Part shown: positions 52,854-62,899 of the stretch, one piece after another
Numbering within the stretch: the first letter of the stretch is position 1
Layout: the number at the start of each line of letters is the position of its first letter
From: a bacterium
GTDB taxonomy: Bacteria > Zhuqueibacterota > Zhuqueibacteria > Residuimicrobiales > Krinioviventaceae
Direction: 5' to 3'
Length of the DNA stretch: 64,000 nt
Assembly: GCA_963675755.2 (NCBI GenBank)
Contig: CAXXMD010000003.1
Coordinates: 1,312,001-1,376,000 of the forward strand
Notes under the pieces: generated by a model
The model's input: only the letters and a program-made list of their open reading frames with translations
What the model was told of the DNA's origin: nothing
Databases searched by the model: none
Translations under genes and position numbers: made by a program

Positions 52854-53396
52854 ATGAGTAGAGAAACAACACAAAAACTGGGCGAGTTTTTCAGAGCAGA
52901 ACACCAGAACCTGCGGGCATTTGTTCGGTCGCGGATTGCTTCGTTGGAGGAATCTGATGATCTACTGCAGGATGTCTATGTACAGCTTCTCGGGAATCTG
53001 AACGTGCTGGATTCCATAGACAACCTCACCGGTTGGGTCTATACAGTTGTCAGGAACCGGGTCATTGACTGGTATCGCAAACGTAAACCAGACACAATCT
53101 CTCTTGACGAACCGATTGATGAGGGAATTCGATTTGAGGATGTACTGACAGAAGAAATTCCTGCAGATTTGGATCCCGTAGAACGGGAAGCAATTTTGGA
53201 ATCCATCATGGCAAGCATTGATCAACTGCCTGAAAATCAAAAATATATATTTATTGAACAGGTTATCAATGGCAGGACGTTTAAAGAACTTTCCATTGAA
53301 ACCGGTGAACCGTTAAACACACTCATAGCCCGCAAACGATACGCAGTGTTGTTTCTTCGAGAAAGACTAAAATCATTTACCAAACAAGAGGTATAA
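52854..53396 (+). CDS. ECF RNA polymerase sigma factor
   Basis: DDLLQDVY, WVYTVVRNRVIDWYRK, LPENQK...TFKELS...NTLIARKRYA. Confidence 0.9.
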   Translation: MSRETTQKLGEFFRAEHQNLRAFVRSRIASLEESDDLLQDVYVQLLGNLNVLDSIDNLTGWVYTVVRNRVIDWYRKRKPDTISLDEPIDEGIRFEDVLTEEIPADLDPVEREAILESIMASIDQLPENQKYIFIEQVINGRTFKELSIETGEPLNTLIARKRYAVLFLRERLKSFTKQEV

Positions 53397-53400
53397 TTAT

Positions 53401-53727
53401 ATGTGTGGACACTTTCATCATTCAGAGCACCCCGGTGCCGGTCGCATTGCGTTGACGATTGCCGGAGGTATAGCATTTGCCGCCATTATGGCAGCGGTTT
53501 TGGGTGTTATTGTTAAACTGTTGTGGAACTGGCTTATGCCCGATATATTCGGACTGACTACCATTACTTTCTGGCAGGCTTGGGGACTGGTTGTACTGGC
53601 GCATATCTTTTTCAAATCTTTTCCCAAACATGATTATCATCCACATAGTATTCATTGGAAAAAGAAATTTCATGATAAATACAAAGATCCTCATTCCGGT
53701 CATGAAGAGACAGTTTCGGAAGCATAA
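53401..53727 (+). CDS. Small membrane protein, His-rich tail
   Basis: VKLLWNWLMPDIFGL..ITFWQAWGL conserved motif; directly follows the ECF sigma gene. Confidence 0.75.
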   Translation: MCGHFHHSEHPGAGRIALTIAGGIAFAAIMAAVLGVIVKLLWNWLMPDIFGLTTITFWQAWGLVVLAHIFFKSFPKHDYHPHSIHWKKKFHDKYKDPHSGHEETVSEA

Positions 53728-53773
53728 TAACATACAAGAGATTCAAATCACTCAAACATTAACCGTATCAAAA

Positions 53774-53810
53774 TTAAACCGTGACGGAGTTAATCTCCGT
53801 CACGGTTTAA
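53774..53810. repeat. Palindromic repeat family copy 6 (between convergent genes; could act as a bidirectional terminator)
   Basis: TTAAACCGTGACGGAGTTAATCTCCGTCACGGTTTAA. Confidence 0.85.
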
Positions 53811-53851
53811 CGAGTACAAAAAAGAACTTTCTCATTAATACATCCCCAAAA

Positions 53852-54457
53852 TCAATTCTGATTCAGCAACACATTCTCAGATTGTTCATCAAATACAGAA
53901 TGCTGCCAGTTGCCGGTAAATGCAAAAGAATTTAACGGCTTGCGGTTACGGGAGGGATCTCTTTCCTGTTCCGATCGGTATCCAATAGCAATTGCCGCTA
54001 CCGGTTCGTATCCCTGTGGTATAGTGTACTCTTTTTTGACAGCAGCCTTGTCAAAACCACCCATCTGGTGCGCATAGAGTCCCATAGACGCGGCTTGCAT
54101 CAGCATCATGGCGGTTGCCTGCCCCACATCATATAATGCATAAGGATTCGGCTGATTATTATGGTCAAAATCCATTTTCGCCACACTAATCATAAGCAAT
54201 GGCGCCTGCTGCGCCCATTCTCTGTTTTTTTCAAATAATATATTCAGCATTTTATCATATTCCTGACTATCCTCTTTTGATGCAATTATATACTGCCAGG
54301 GCTGCTGATTAAAACAGGATGGCGCGCTTTGAGCCGCCTGCATTAACAATTGTATTTTTTCGTATTCAACCGGACGTTCATCAAAACTGCGTGGACTGTA
54401 CCGGGTTGATAATACAGGATGTAATTCCAGTTTCATTTGTGTTGCTTCTTTCATCAT
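53852..54457 (-). CDS. Nitroreductase family protein
   Basis: RYSPRSF, APSCFNQQPW, YDVGQA, HQMGGFD, RNRKPL. Confidence 0.9.
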   Translation of the reverse strand: MMKEATQMKLELHPVLSTRYSPRSFDERPVEYEKIQLLMQAAQSAPSCFNQQPWQYIIASKEDSQEYDKMLNILFEKNREWAQQAPLLMISVAKMDFDHNNQPNPYALYDVGQATAMMLMQAASMGLYAHQMGGFDKAAVKKEYTIPQGYEPVAAIAIGYRSEQERDPSRNRKPLNSFAFTGNWQHSVFDEQSENVLLNQN

Positions 54458-54469
54458 CGTTTATCCTTT

Positions 54470-55180
54470 CTAGTGCATGGGTATTTCAATAATCAATAAT
54501 TGCGATTCACTATCAGCGTTTAATAATACTTTATCCGTCTCCCATATTGCCAGTCCGTCCCTGGTATCTAACTTGGTTTCAGACGTGGTTACGCTTCCGC
54601 CAAGCACAAACAGGTAAACGCCATTTTTACTGTCATGCAGATCATATTGTATTTCTCTATCCTGATCCAGATCAATCATAGAAAACCAGGTATTCTGATT
54701 TAGCCACAAGGAACCATTGTTTTGCTCCGGAGAAACAATATATTGCAATTTGTTATGACGATCTTTTAAATCAAAGGATTTCTGATCATAACGCGGTTCA
54801 TGTCCTTGTTTGTCAGGAAACACCCATATCTGTAAAAAATGAGCAGCTTCCGTATCCGATGCATTATACTCGGAATGATATATACCCGTCCCTGCGGACA
54901 TGACCTGTACATCACCCGGTTTAATCACCTCTTCATGACCGCCGCTGTCTTTATGGGCCAACGCTCCCTTTAGGGGTATGGATACTATTTCCATATTCTC
55001 ATGCGGATGCGTCCCAAATCCTTCACCGGGAGCAACACTGTCATCATTCAATACCCGCAGTTTGCCAAAATGGGTACGTTCAGGATCATAGTAATTCGCA
55101 AAACTGAATGTGTGGCGGGTTTCAAGCCAGCCATGATCAAAATATCCTCTTGTATCTGCTTTATGTAATTTTGTTTTCAT
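54470..55180 (-). CDS. Pirin family protein (YhhW-like)
   Basis: HGWLETRHTFSFANYYDP, HPHENMEI, MSAGTGIYHSE, FLQIW. Confidence 0.92.
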   Translation of the reverse strand: MKTKLHKADTRGYFDHGWLETRHTFSFANYYDPERTHFGKLRVLNDDSVAPGEGFGTHPHENMEIVSIPLKGALAHKDSGGHEEVIKPGDVQVMSAGTGIYHSEYNASDTEAAHFLQIWVFPDKQGHEPRYDQKSFDLKDRHNKLQYIVSPEQNNGSLWLNQNTWFSMIDLDQDREIQYDLHDSKNGVYLFVLGGSVTTSETKLDTRDGLAIWETDKVLLNADSESQLLIIEIPMH

Positions 55181-55203
55181 TATAATCTCCAATATAATAT
55201 ACA

Positions 55204-55225
55204 AATTGATGTTACAACATCAATT
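55204..55225. promoter_or_regulatory. Perfect palindromic operator upstream of the pirin-nitroreductase operon
   Basis: AATTGATGTT-AC-AACATCAATT. Confidence 0.6.
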
Positions 55226-55324
55226 AATCAAAAAATATAACGCCCACAATAGAATATTTATTCCATATTGTTTTAACAGATAGAAATTTTGAGATTGGTT
55301 TAATACAAAATAAGAATGGTTCAC

Positions 55325-55347
55325 GAGACAGAAAAAGTCTCTGTCTC
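55325..55347. repeat. Palindromic repeat family copy 7 (degenerate, compensatory changes)
   Basis: GAGACAGAAAAAGTCTCTGTCTC. Confidence 0.5.
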
Positions 55348-55374
55348 AATCAGGATTAGCTGTTATCAAAAAGT

Positions 55375-56901
55375 TTAATCAAACTTTTGCTTTAACAATT
55401 CCAGCATTTCGGGACGCCCCTCGTCCGTATCGCCCAGTTCCTTTCGCAGACGGAGCATTTCCCTTTTTAATTGTGCGACAGTCTCTGCATACCGGGAATC
55501 GGAATAAACATTATGCATCTCTTTTGGGTCATTTTCAAGATCATACAACTCCCATCCGGTTTTGGTAGGCGGCTGGTCTGCTCCGTTCATTCCCAAGGGC
55601 AGCCCGTAAAAAAAGATAAGCTTGTACCGCTTTGTCCGGACTCCCATGTGCGCGGGACGTGTGGTATGCAGCCAGTATCGATAATACATGATGGTTCGCC
55701 AGTCTTCCGGGGTTTTTCCGTTCAAATTGGATCTAAAACTGCGTCCTTGCATATAATCCGGTGTTGGTACACCTGCATAGTCGAGCATCATGGGTGCAAA
55801 ATCTATATTCAATATAATATCATTATTCTCTTTACCAACCGACAATTCATTGGGATAGCGTACAATAAAGGGCATGCGCAATGCTTCTTCGTACATCCAG
55901 CGTTTATCAATATAATTGTGCTCTCCCAGAAAATACCCCTGATCCGAAGTATACACCACCAGCGTATCGTCTGTCAAATTCTGTTCATCCAGGAAATCCA
56001 GAATCCGGCCCACATTCTCATCCACCCCCATAACGGCACGCAGATACATTTTTACAAATTTCTGATAAGTGGCTTTACGTATTTCCCGGGGCTTCATTCC
56101 TGTCGTTTCCAGAGCCGATTCAGAGTGATAGTTCTCCCGCGACTGGCGCTCTGCCATGGTCTCGCTTACGGTAAAGCCATAGTCCCGTGAGCCATCTGAC
56201 CGGTGGGATTTATCTTCAAACAGGCTCTCAGGTTCTGGCAGTTCCACGTCGATCAATGTATCCTTGAATCGTTTGGCATATTCCCAGTTCTCATGCGGGG
56301 CCTTGAAATGGCATTGCAGGAAAAAAGGTACATCGGGATTGCGCTGCTTTAACCATTCCAGCGAAAGATTGGTAATGATATCTGTTGAATGTCCTGTGTA
56401 CTGTTTTTCAGTGCCGCCACTCGTTCGAAAAACCGGATCATGATAGCGTCCCTGCCCACTCAACACCTGCCAGCCGTCGAACCCTGACGGATCGGTTTTG
56501 AGATGCCATTTTCCAAAAATTGCAGTCTGGTAGCCAGCTTTTTGCATCTCTTTTGCCAGGTTGGGTTTTGCCGGATTAATTGCATCTTTGAGTGTATAGA
56601 CACCATTGATGTGACTGTATTGTCCGGTATGGATAGAAGCCCTGCTTGGCGCACAAATGGAATTGGTACAGAAACAATTTTCAAGCTTGACTCCTTCTGC
56701 TGCCAGCCGGTCAATGTTGGGTGTTTTGAACACCGTGGTAAGGTGCGATCCGTAACAACTGATTGCTTTGGTGGAATGATCGTCAGACATGATAAACAAA
56801 ATATTGGGCCGTTTTTTTTCCCGATTCATACAGGATGAGAGCACACTCACAGCCGGTAATGCGGTCATTAATGTTTTCATAAATTGACGACGGTTTTTCA
56901 T
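55375..56901 (-). CDS. Cys-type sulfatase, Tat-exported lipoprotein
   Basis: RRQF twin-arginine motif, LSSC lipobox, PNILFIMSDDH, CAPSRA, GKWHL, YTSDQG. Confidence 0.92.
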   Translation of the reverse strand: MKNRRQFMKTLMTALPAVSVLSSCMNREKKRPNILFIMSDDHSTKAISCYGSHLTTVFKTPNIDRLAAEGVKLENCFCTNSICAPSRASIHTGQYSHINGVYTLKDAINPAKPNLAKEMQKAGYQTAIFGKWHLKTDPSGFDGWQVLSGQGRYHDPVFRTSGGTEKQYTGHSTDIITNLSLEWLKQRNPDVPFFLQCHFKAPHENWEYAKRFKDTLIDVELPEPESLFEDKSHRSDGSRDYGFTVSETMAERQSRENYHSESALETTGMKPREIRKATYQKFVKMYLRAVMGVDENVGRILDFLDEQNLTDDTLVVYTSDQGYFLGEHNYIDKRWMYEEALRMPFIVRYPNELSVGKENNDIILNIDFAPMMLDYAGVPTPDYMQGRSFRSNLNGKTPEDWRTIMYYRYWLHTTRPAHMGVRTKRYKLIFFYGLPLGMNGADQPPTKTGWELYDLENDPKEMHNVYSDSRYAETVAQLKREMLRLRKELGDTDEGRPEMLELLKQKFD

Positions 56902-56995
56902 GGAACACCTTCAGCTTTTCATTTACATTTAACTTGCATGTTTTTCATGTGTATTGCATATTATAAAGTTAATTCATTAAAGATGAAAGATAAAA

Positions 56996-57682
56996 ATGGC
57001 AACAGACATTATCCAAATTCCTTTGGGAGTATCAAACGCGTACCTGATTAAAAGCGAAAAAGGTGCAATTCTGGTAGACACCGGCACTATTAACAGCGGT
57101 AAAACCGTTGAACGGGAGTTACAGAAACATCATCTTGAACCCACAGACATCAACCTGATTGTGATTACTCACGGTCATGCCGACCATATCGGTTCAGTTG
57201 CGGAACTGACCCGCATGTGTCAAGCACCTGTTGCAATCCATAAAGCGGACAGCCAATGGATGATCGATGGCAAAGCCATGCCCGCTACACCCATTACTGC
57301 CGGAGCAAAATTCATGTTCAGATTGATGAGACTTTTGCAATCGCGCTTATCTGTTGTTCCTGCTGTGCCGGACATATTGATTGATGACAACGGCCTGGAC
57401 CTTGAGCCCTATGGCATCGACGGGCGCATTGAACATACACCGGGACACACCGCCGGGTCCGTCAGCATAATACTCAATGACGGCAGGGTAATTGTGGGAG
57501 ACATGGCCATGCAGGGTATTCCCATATTGAGATGGAAAGCCGGACTCCCCACACTTGCGGATGATTTTAACCAAACCCAATCCACCTGGAAAAGGTTACT
57601 GGAGCGGGGCGTAAAAACCGTTTATCCCGGTCACGGCAACCCTTTTGATGCACAAATCATTGCAAAAGAGCTGGGGCAATGA
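56996..57682 (+). CDS. MBL-fold metallo-hydrolase
   Basis: THGHADHIG, TPGHTAG, GD, PGHG. Confidence 0.9.
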   Translation: MATDIIQIPLGVSNAYLIKSEKGAILVDTGTINSGKTVERELQKHHLEPTDINLIVITHGHADHIGSVAELTRMCQAPVAIHKADSQWMIDGKAMPATPITAGAKFMFRLMRLLQSRLSVVPAVPDILIDDNGLDLEPYGIDGRIEHTPGHTAGSVSIILNDGRVIVGDMAMQGIPILRWKAGLPTLADDFNQTQSTWKRLLERGVKTVYPGHGNPFDAQIIAKELGQ

Positions 57683-58002
57683 TTGAACACCCATAAAACA
57701 AATGACACAAATTTGCACGCGTTTTAATTGTAAGCGATTGCTAATTGGTTAATATTCTCAATTATTTCTTCAACGGTTTCTTTTACGCGTAAACCATATA
57801 TAACAAAAAATTTTTTGTCATTTCCTTTAACAATAAAAATATTATCAAAACTATTTTAGTAATTTCTCTAATAAATTCAAAACATCCTGTCGTATAAAAC
57901 ACCTGTATCGCTCTTGATCAAAAATAATTTAATTGATTTCAGACAAATTTTAGTGTATTTTCAATTCATACAGCAATCTCTTTCAACCCAAGGGTAAACG
58001 CT

Positions 58003-59241
58003 ATGAAAACATTATATACGACAAGTATCGCTTTTGTATTGCTGGTTGTACTTAACAATCCTCTATTCTCACAGGAACAGGAATGGGCGCGGTATCGCGG
58101 TCCCAATGGCAGGGGTATCAGCAACGTTGTGGATCTGCCAGCAACATGGACCGCCAAAGATTTTCTCTGGACGCTCAAACTGCCGGGTCGCGGACATTCG
58201 TCACCTATCATCTGGGGAAAGACAGTATATGCCACCAGCGCCAATAAAGAAAATACAACCGGGTATCTCTATGCCATCAATGCAGCAACCGGTGAGGTCC
58301 GTTGGAAAAAAGAATTTCCAATCTTTAGCGACGAGTTGAACAATTCCAACAGCCTGGCCACTTCTACGCCCTGCGCTGATGCGGACCACGTTTACAGCCT
58401 GTGGTATTCGGACGAGTCTGTTTTCCTCCTCGCCTTTGATCATAACGGTAATCAGGTTTGGAAATCAGAGTTTGAAGGCGTTTTCACCCGCCACGGTGCC
58501 GGCAGTTCTCCCATAGTGTTTGATAATGCTGTTGTTTTTACCCGTGAGCAGGAACTGAACGGTCCATATAAAAGTACGTGGGTGGCCGTAGAACGTCAAA
58601 CCGGTAAAACACGATGGGAGCTTGAAAGAAAAACTGTTACCAGCAATTCCTTTGCGGCACCGGTTATTTATAACAGCAATCCGGAATCTCCTGAACTGTT
58701 GTTCATGAGCGAATCTCATGGTATGACCATTGTTAACGTACATACCGGTAAAGTCGTTTGGGAAGAAATGATCACAAACGCCAGGGCCATTTCAACACCC
58801 CAACTTGTTGACGATCTGTTAATCGGAACCTGCAAAGGTCTAGAGTTCGTTATTCGCATTGACAAAGCCAACAAAATCCTTGAGACTCTGTACGAGAAAA
58901 AACGTAACCAGGCACCCTACCTGCCCACCCCATTGATCAAAGACGGTCTCTTGTACAATGCTTTGGACAATGGCAACATTATCTGCCTGGATTTGTTGAC
59001 AGGTAATGAAATATGGAAAGAAAAACCTGCCGGACAAATTTATGGTTCACCCATCTGGGCAGATGGAAAAATCTATGTGATTTCTAAAAATGGTGAGGTT
59101 ATTGTAATCAACCCCGGTAAAAGCGGTGGTGTTAGCTCGGTTATCCCCCTGGGAGAAAACAGTCAATGCACCCCTGCCTCAGCAAATGGACGGATTATTT
59201 TCAAAACCGAATCACAACTTTTTGCATTGGGGAAAAAATAA
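58003..59241 (+). CDS. PQQ-like/BamB-type beta-propeller protein
   Basis: W..YRGPNGRG, GHSSP, repeated TGEVRW/TGKVVW motifs. Confidence 0.85.
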   Translation: MKTLYTTSIAFVLLVVLNNPLFSQEQEWARYRGPNGRGISNVVDLPATWTAKDFLWTLKLPGRGHSSPIIWGKTVYATSANKENTTGYLYAINAATGEVRWKKEFPIFSDELNNSNSLATSTPCADADHVYSLWYSDESVFLLAFDHNGNQVWKSEFEGVFTRHGAGSSPIVFDNAVVFTREQELNGPYKSTWVAVERQTGKTRWELERKTVTSNSFAAPVIYNSNPESPELLFMSESHGMTIVNVHTGKVVWEEMITNARAISTPQLVDDLLIGTCKGLEFVIRIDKANKILETLYEKKRNQAPYLPTPLIKDGLLYNALDNGNIICLDLLTGNEIWKEKPAGQIYGSPIWADGKIYVISKNGEVIVINPGKSGGVSSVIPLGENSQCTPASANGRIIFKTESQLFALGKK

Positions 59242-59242
59242 T

Positions 59243-60604
59243 CTATTTTTTCATCCCATACTTTTGCATTTTATAACGTAAATGCCGTTCTGTCATACCC
59301 AGAGATTCAGCAGCATGGGTTTGCACGGAATTGTGTTTTTCAAGTGCTTCACGAATCAGCATCTGTTCAAAAGCCTCAACGCGCTCCTGAAAGGTTCCTT
59401 CTTCAAGGTTCCACCGTATTGCAGAAGCATTCTGCGTTACCATAAGCGGTAAATCATCGTACGCAATCACATCATCACGACACAACACCACAGCCTGTTC
59501 CATAATATTTTCCAGCTCACGTACATTTCCGGGGAAACGGTATTTAATCAGTGTATCCAACGCATCGTTTGATATCCCGCTAACGGGTTTGCCGTTCATT
59601 TCAGCATATTTTTTAATAAAGTGATCAGCCAGCGTAGGAATGTCTGACTTGCGTTCACGCAATGGCGGCAACTCGATCTTGACCACATTGAGCCTGTAAT
59701 AGAGGTCCTCCCTGAATGTGCCCTCTTGCACCATGTCCTCTAACGATCGGTTTGTTGCGGCTATTACCCGCACATCTACTTTAACCGGGTTTGAAGAGCC
59801 TATGCGCTCAATTTGTTGCTCCTGCAACACCCGCAACAACTTGACCTGAGTGCTGAGTGGAATTTCACCAACTTCATCAATAAACAGCGTACCTTCATGC
59901 GCGGATTCAAAACGTCCCAATCTCAGCTTGTCCGCTCCGGTAAAAGCGCCTTTCTCATGCCCGAACAACTCACTTTCAACCAGGTTGTCACTCAAGGCAG
60001 CCATATTTACAGCCACAAATGCCTTTTCAGCACGGGGACTTGCAAAATGGATGGCCCGGGCAACCAGTTCCTTACCCGTACCGCTTTCACCGGTAACCAG
60101 GACCGTTGCTTTACTTTGAGCAGCCCTTGACGCAATGCTGAGAGGCGGATTCATGGCCTCACCTTTGGTGATAATACCGCTGAAATTGAAACGATCTTTA
60201 ACCATTTCTTTTAATCGCTGGTTTTCATCCACCAGTTGTTTGTGCTGCAGCACCTTGTTAACGGTTATCTGAAGCTGTTCCAGATCAACCGGCTTGGTAA
60301 TAAAATCAGACGCCCCGTCTTTCATGGCCTGTATAGCATTTTCAATACTGCCATAAGCGGTCATGACCACAACTTCGATATTGGGATTGATATCACGGGC
60401 GGCACGCAACAATTGTAACCCATCCAGTTCAGGCATTCGCATATCCGTTAAAATCATGTCTACTGCCTGGTCCTTTACTGTGTCCAATGCCCGTATTCCA
60501 CCATCAGCTGTCAGAATATTGAATCCTTTTTTCTTTAAAAACCCGGACAATGCTTCACGCTGCGGGGCCTCATCATCTACTACAAGTATGGTATGCCTGG
60601 CCAT
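59243..60604 (-). CDS. Sigma54-dependent response regulator (NtrC/ZraR/AtoC family)
   Basis: REC domain (VVDDE, TDMRMP), GESGTGKE, ESELFGHEKGAFTGA, PGNVRELEN, HTH. Confidence 0.95.
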   Translation of the reverse strand: MARHTILVVDDEAPQREALSGFLKKKGFNILTADGGIRALDTVKDQAVDMILTDMRMPELDGLQLLRAARDINPNIEVVVMTAYGSIENAIQAMKDGASDFITKPVDLEQLQITVNKVLQHKQLVDENQRLKEMVKDRFNFSGIITKGEAMNPPLSIASRAAQSKATVLVTGESGTGKELVARAIHFASPRAEKAFVAVNMAALSDNLVESELFGHEKGAFTGADKLRLGRFESAHEGTLFIDEVGEIPLSTQVKLLRVLQEQQIERIGSSNPVKVDVRVIAATNRSLEDMVQEGTFREDLYYRLNVVKIELPPLRERKSDIPTLADHFIKKYAEMNGKPVSGISNDALDTLIKYRFPGNVRELENIMEQAVVLCRDDVIAYDDLPLMVTQNASAIRWNLEEGTFQERVEAFEQMLIREALEKHNSVQTHAAESLGMTERHLRYKMQKYGMKK

Positions 60605-60606
60605 TA

Positions 60607-62694
60607 TTAAACTCCTTTGGGTAACTGTATGGTGAATAACGTACCCTGATTTTCCTTACTTTCCACATCAATGGTACCATTATGCTGAGAAATAATCTGT
60701 TGTACAATACTGAGACCTAGTCCTGTGCCTTCTTCTCGTGTTGTAAAGTACATATTAAAAATTTTATCGAGATGTTCCGGTGCAATACCTTTGCCATTGT
60801 CTTGCACGGTTAATCGTATCTTTTCATCTGTTTCAACCGCTTTCATGCTGATCTTTCCACCAGGCTTACTGGCTTCCATACCATTCCGCACAAGATTCAA
60901 GAGCACCTGTTTTAATTTATCAGCATCTACGGTTGCTTCCAGGTTCGCGTCACATTCAACAAGAAAAGAAAGACCTTTATGCTCAGCCTGAGGTTTTAAC
61001 AGGGTTTCAACATCTTTAAACAAAACGCTCAAATCCGCTTTAGCAAGACTCAATTCCGCGGGTCGGGCAAATTCCAAAAACTGATGTACAATGTCATTAA
61101 TTCTTCGCGATTCTTTGACCATGGTTTCCGACAATTGCTTATACTCTTCTACATCCGAAGCAGGCTCAAACTCTACTTTAAAGCGTTGCGCTATCATACT
61201 GATTGCATTTAAAGGATTCCTGATCTCATGTGCCACGCCCGATGCCAGATGCCCCATAGCCGTAATTTTATCTTTGCGCGCCAGATTTTCTTCAAGGTGT
61301 TTTTGCCTTGTAATATCTTTAACAACCGCAAAAATAATATCTTTATCTCTTTCATTGTCCGGCACTATATTCACGCTCATGGTTAAAATTCGGGATTGAC
61401 CATTAATATTCAACACCAATGATGGATAATGTGCTTCCTTGCCGGTTTCAACCACCTTTTTCAAATAATCACAGAGTTCGGGTATTATCTCTTCACAGGG
61501 CTCGCCCAAAACATCGGCTACCGGACGTTCAAACATCTTTTCCGCGGTTTCATTAAACAGCGTAATACGTTTATCCATATTGATGGCAATGACAGATTCA
61601 TCCATATGGGTCAGTATGCTGCCGGTATAACTCTCTATCTTGTTATACGCGTTTTGAAGCAATGAATAATTCTGATTCCCTACCATCCAATTGGTTACCA
61701 TCACACCTACCACCAGAAACAGGATGGATGCAATAAACACACGTCTTTTTGCACTTGACTGAGCTTCCTGCAGATGTCGGGTTGACAGCCCTATACGCAT
61801 AACTTCTTTTATCCCCGGTATGGATGGCTGAACCACTTCAAAAATACTTTCTCCATCAAAGTTTGTAAAACGTGTTTTAGGTTGCTCAGAATGTACAACC
61901 TCTTTTAAAAAGGGATCATTATCTATCGCTACCAGAGAATCCATATTTGCCGATGCCAGCAATATCCCCGTACTGTCCTGCAATACAATATATTCAATAC
62001 CATCACTATCTCCCACATCCCTTACCAATCTGCCGATTCCTATGGTTTTGCGAAAATTAAGCATGTCGTTGGCATCAATATTCAAAACAATGGCCCCGCC
62101 ATTGCGTCTTTTTTTAGCAACAGCAAATCGATTCCCTGTACTAAACCGGCTTTGCTTGAATCCAATTACCAATTCATCTGTCTCGGGATTATCAAGCAAA
62201 TCAAACAAGCGCTGGTTTGAATTCATATTTCTACCGGGCCCCATCCCCTGCCCCCCGCTCAATCCCAGGCCCATTCCCTGGCCGGAACCTCGTCCTGCTT
62301 CACTATTACTTTTTTCCCGAACGCCATTTGCATCAAACACATTGATGCGGAATATCTGGTTTTCCTTTGCAATCTGTATGATGGCCTCTTCAGTAAGAAT
62401 ACCTTTTGCATCCATTCGTTCTAACAATCGAACATTACTGAGAAGTTTTTCCGCCAGCAATTCTTCTACAAGATTAAAAGAACGGATTGCATTGTCACTG
62501 CTTTTTTGCATAGCCGTGATCATGGCAATGGCCTGCTCTTCCATAATATGCACCTGCTCGCGTTTGCTTGCCATCAATTCCATTACGGAATAGAGCACCA
62601 TTAAAAATCCAAAAATTATAAACAATAATACCAATATACGGGGACTGAAAACGGTACTGCGTTCTACCGGTTTTTCCGTTAACAAGGACTTCAT
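60607..62694 (-). CDS. Membrane sensor histidine kinase with PAS domain (ZraS-like)
   Basis: Start MKSLL after GGAG; two TM helices; GVAHEIRNPL, NLVRNG, DNGKGI, GTGLGL. Confidence 0.92.
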   Translation of the reverse strand: MKSLLTEKPVERSTVFSPRILVLLFIIFGFLMVLYSVMELMASKREQVHIMEEQAIAMITAMQKSSDNAIRSFNLVEELLAEKLLSNVRLLERMDAKGILTEEAIIQIAKENQIFRINVFDANGVREKSNSEAGRGSGQGMGLGLSGGQGMGPGRNMNSNQRLFDLLDNPETDELVIGFKQSRFSTGNRFAVAKKRRNGGAIVLNIDANDMLNFRKTIGIGRLVRDVGDSDGIEYIVLQDSTGILLASANMDSLVAIDNDPFLKEVVHSEQPKTRFTNFDGESIFEVVQPSIPGIKEVMRIGLSTRHLQEAQSSAKRRVFIASILFLVVGVMVTNWMVGNQNYSLLQNAYNKIESYTGSILTHMDESVIAINMDKRITLFNETAEKMFERPVADVLGEPCEEIIPELCDYLKKVVETGKEAHYPSLVLNINGQSRILTMSVNIVPDNERDKDIIFAVVKDITRQKHLEENLARKDKITAMGHLASGVAHEIRNPLNAISMIAQRFKVEFEPASDVEEYKQLSETMVKESRRINDIVHQFLEFARPAELSLAKADLSVLFKDVETLLKPQAEHKGLSFLVECDANLEATVDADKLKQVLLNLVRNGMEASKPGGKISMKAVETDEKIRLTVQDNGKGIAPEHLDKIFNMYFTTREEGTGLGLSIVQQIISQHNGTIDVESKENQGTLFTIQLPKGV

Positions 62695-62723
62695 AACTTC
62701 TCCAGCATTGAATACCCACAAAC

Positions 62724-62758
62724 CGACAGTTTGGTCGAACGAATCGACCAAACTGTCG
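62724..62758. promoter_or_regulatory. Tandem enhancer (UAS) sites for the sigma54 activator
   Basis: CGACAGTTTGGTCG-N7-CGACCAAACTGTCG: two CGAC-N6-GTCG boxes 21 bp apart, inverted relative to each other. Confidence 0.7.
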
Positions 62759-62836
62759 AAACTTGTATATAGTAGTAATTTTTACAATTCTGCGCAACCT
62801 TTTTATTTATAAACCTTTAGGTTTGCATTGATTTTT

Positions 62837-62852
62837 TGGCACACAGGTTGCC
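62837..62852 (+). promoter_or_regulatory. Sigma54 -24/-12 promoter
   Basis: TGGCACACAGGTTGCC matches the consensus TGGCAC-N5-TTGC. Confidence 0.85.
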
Positions 62853-62899
62853 TTACAAAGATTAGAAATGATTAAAAACTAAACATAAAGGAGTTTATC

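Noticed and set aside
52536-52904. 122-aa minus-strand ORF
   Set aside because: It spans intergenic repeats and the ECF sigma start, and has no RBS or recognisable motifs.
28534-55347. Palindromes as CRISPR repeats, integron attC or dif sites
   Set aside because: Spacing is kilobases rather than 30-40 bp. There are no RYYYAAC/GTTRRRY ends, no match to the dif XerD arm, and no cas or intI gene in the window.
62695-62751. ORF-track N-terminal extension of the histidine kinase
   Set aside because: It runs through the enhancer palindrome. The ATG at 62694 has a GGAG RBS.
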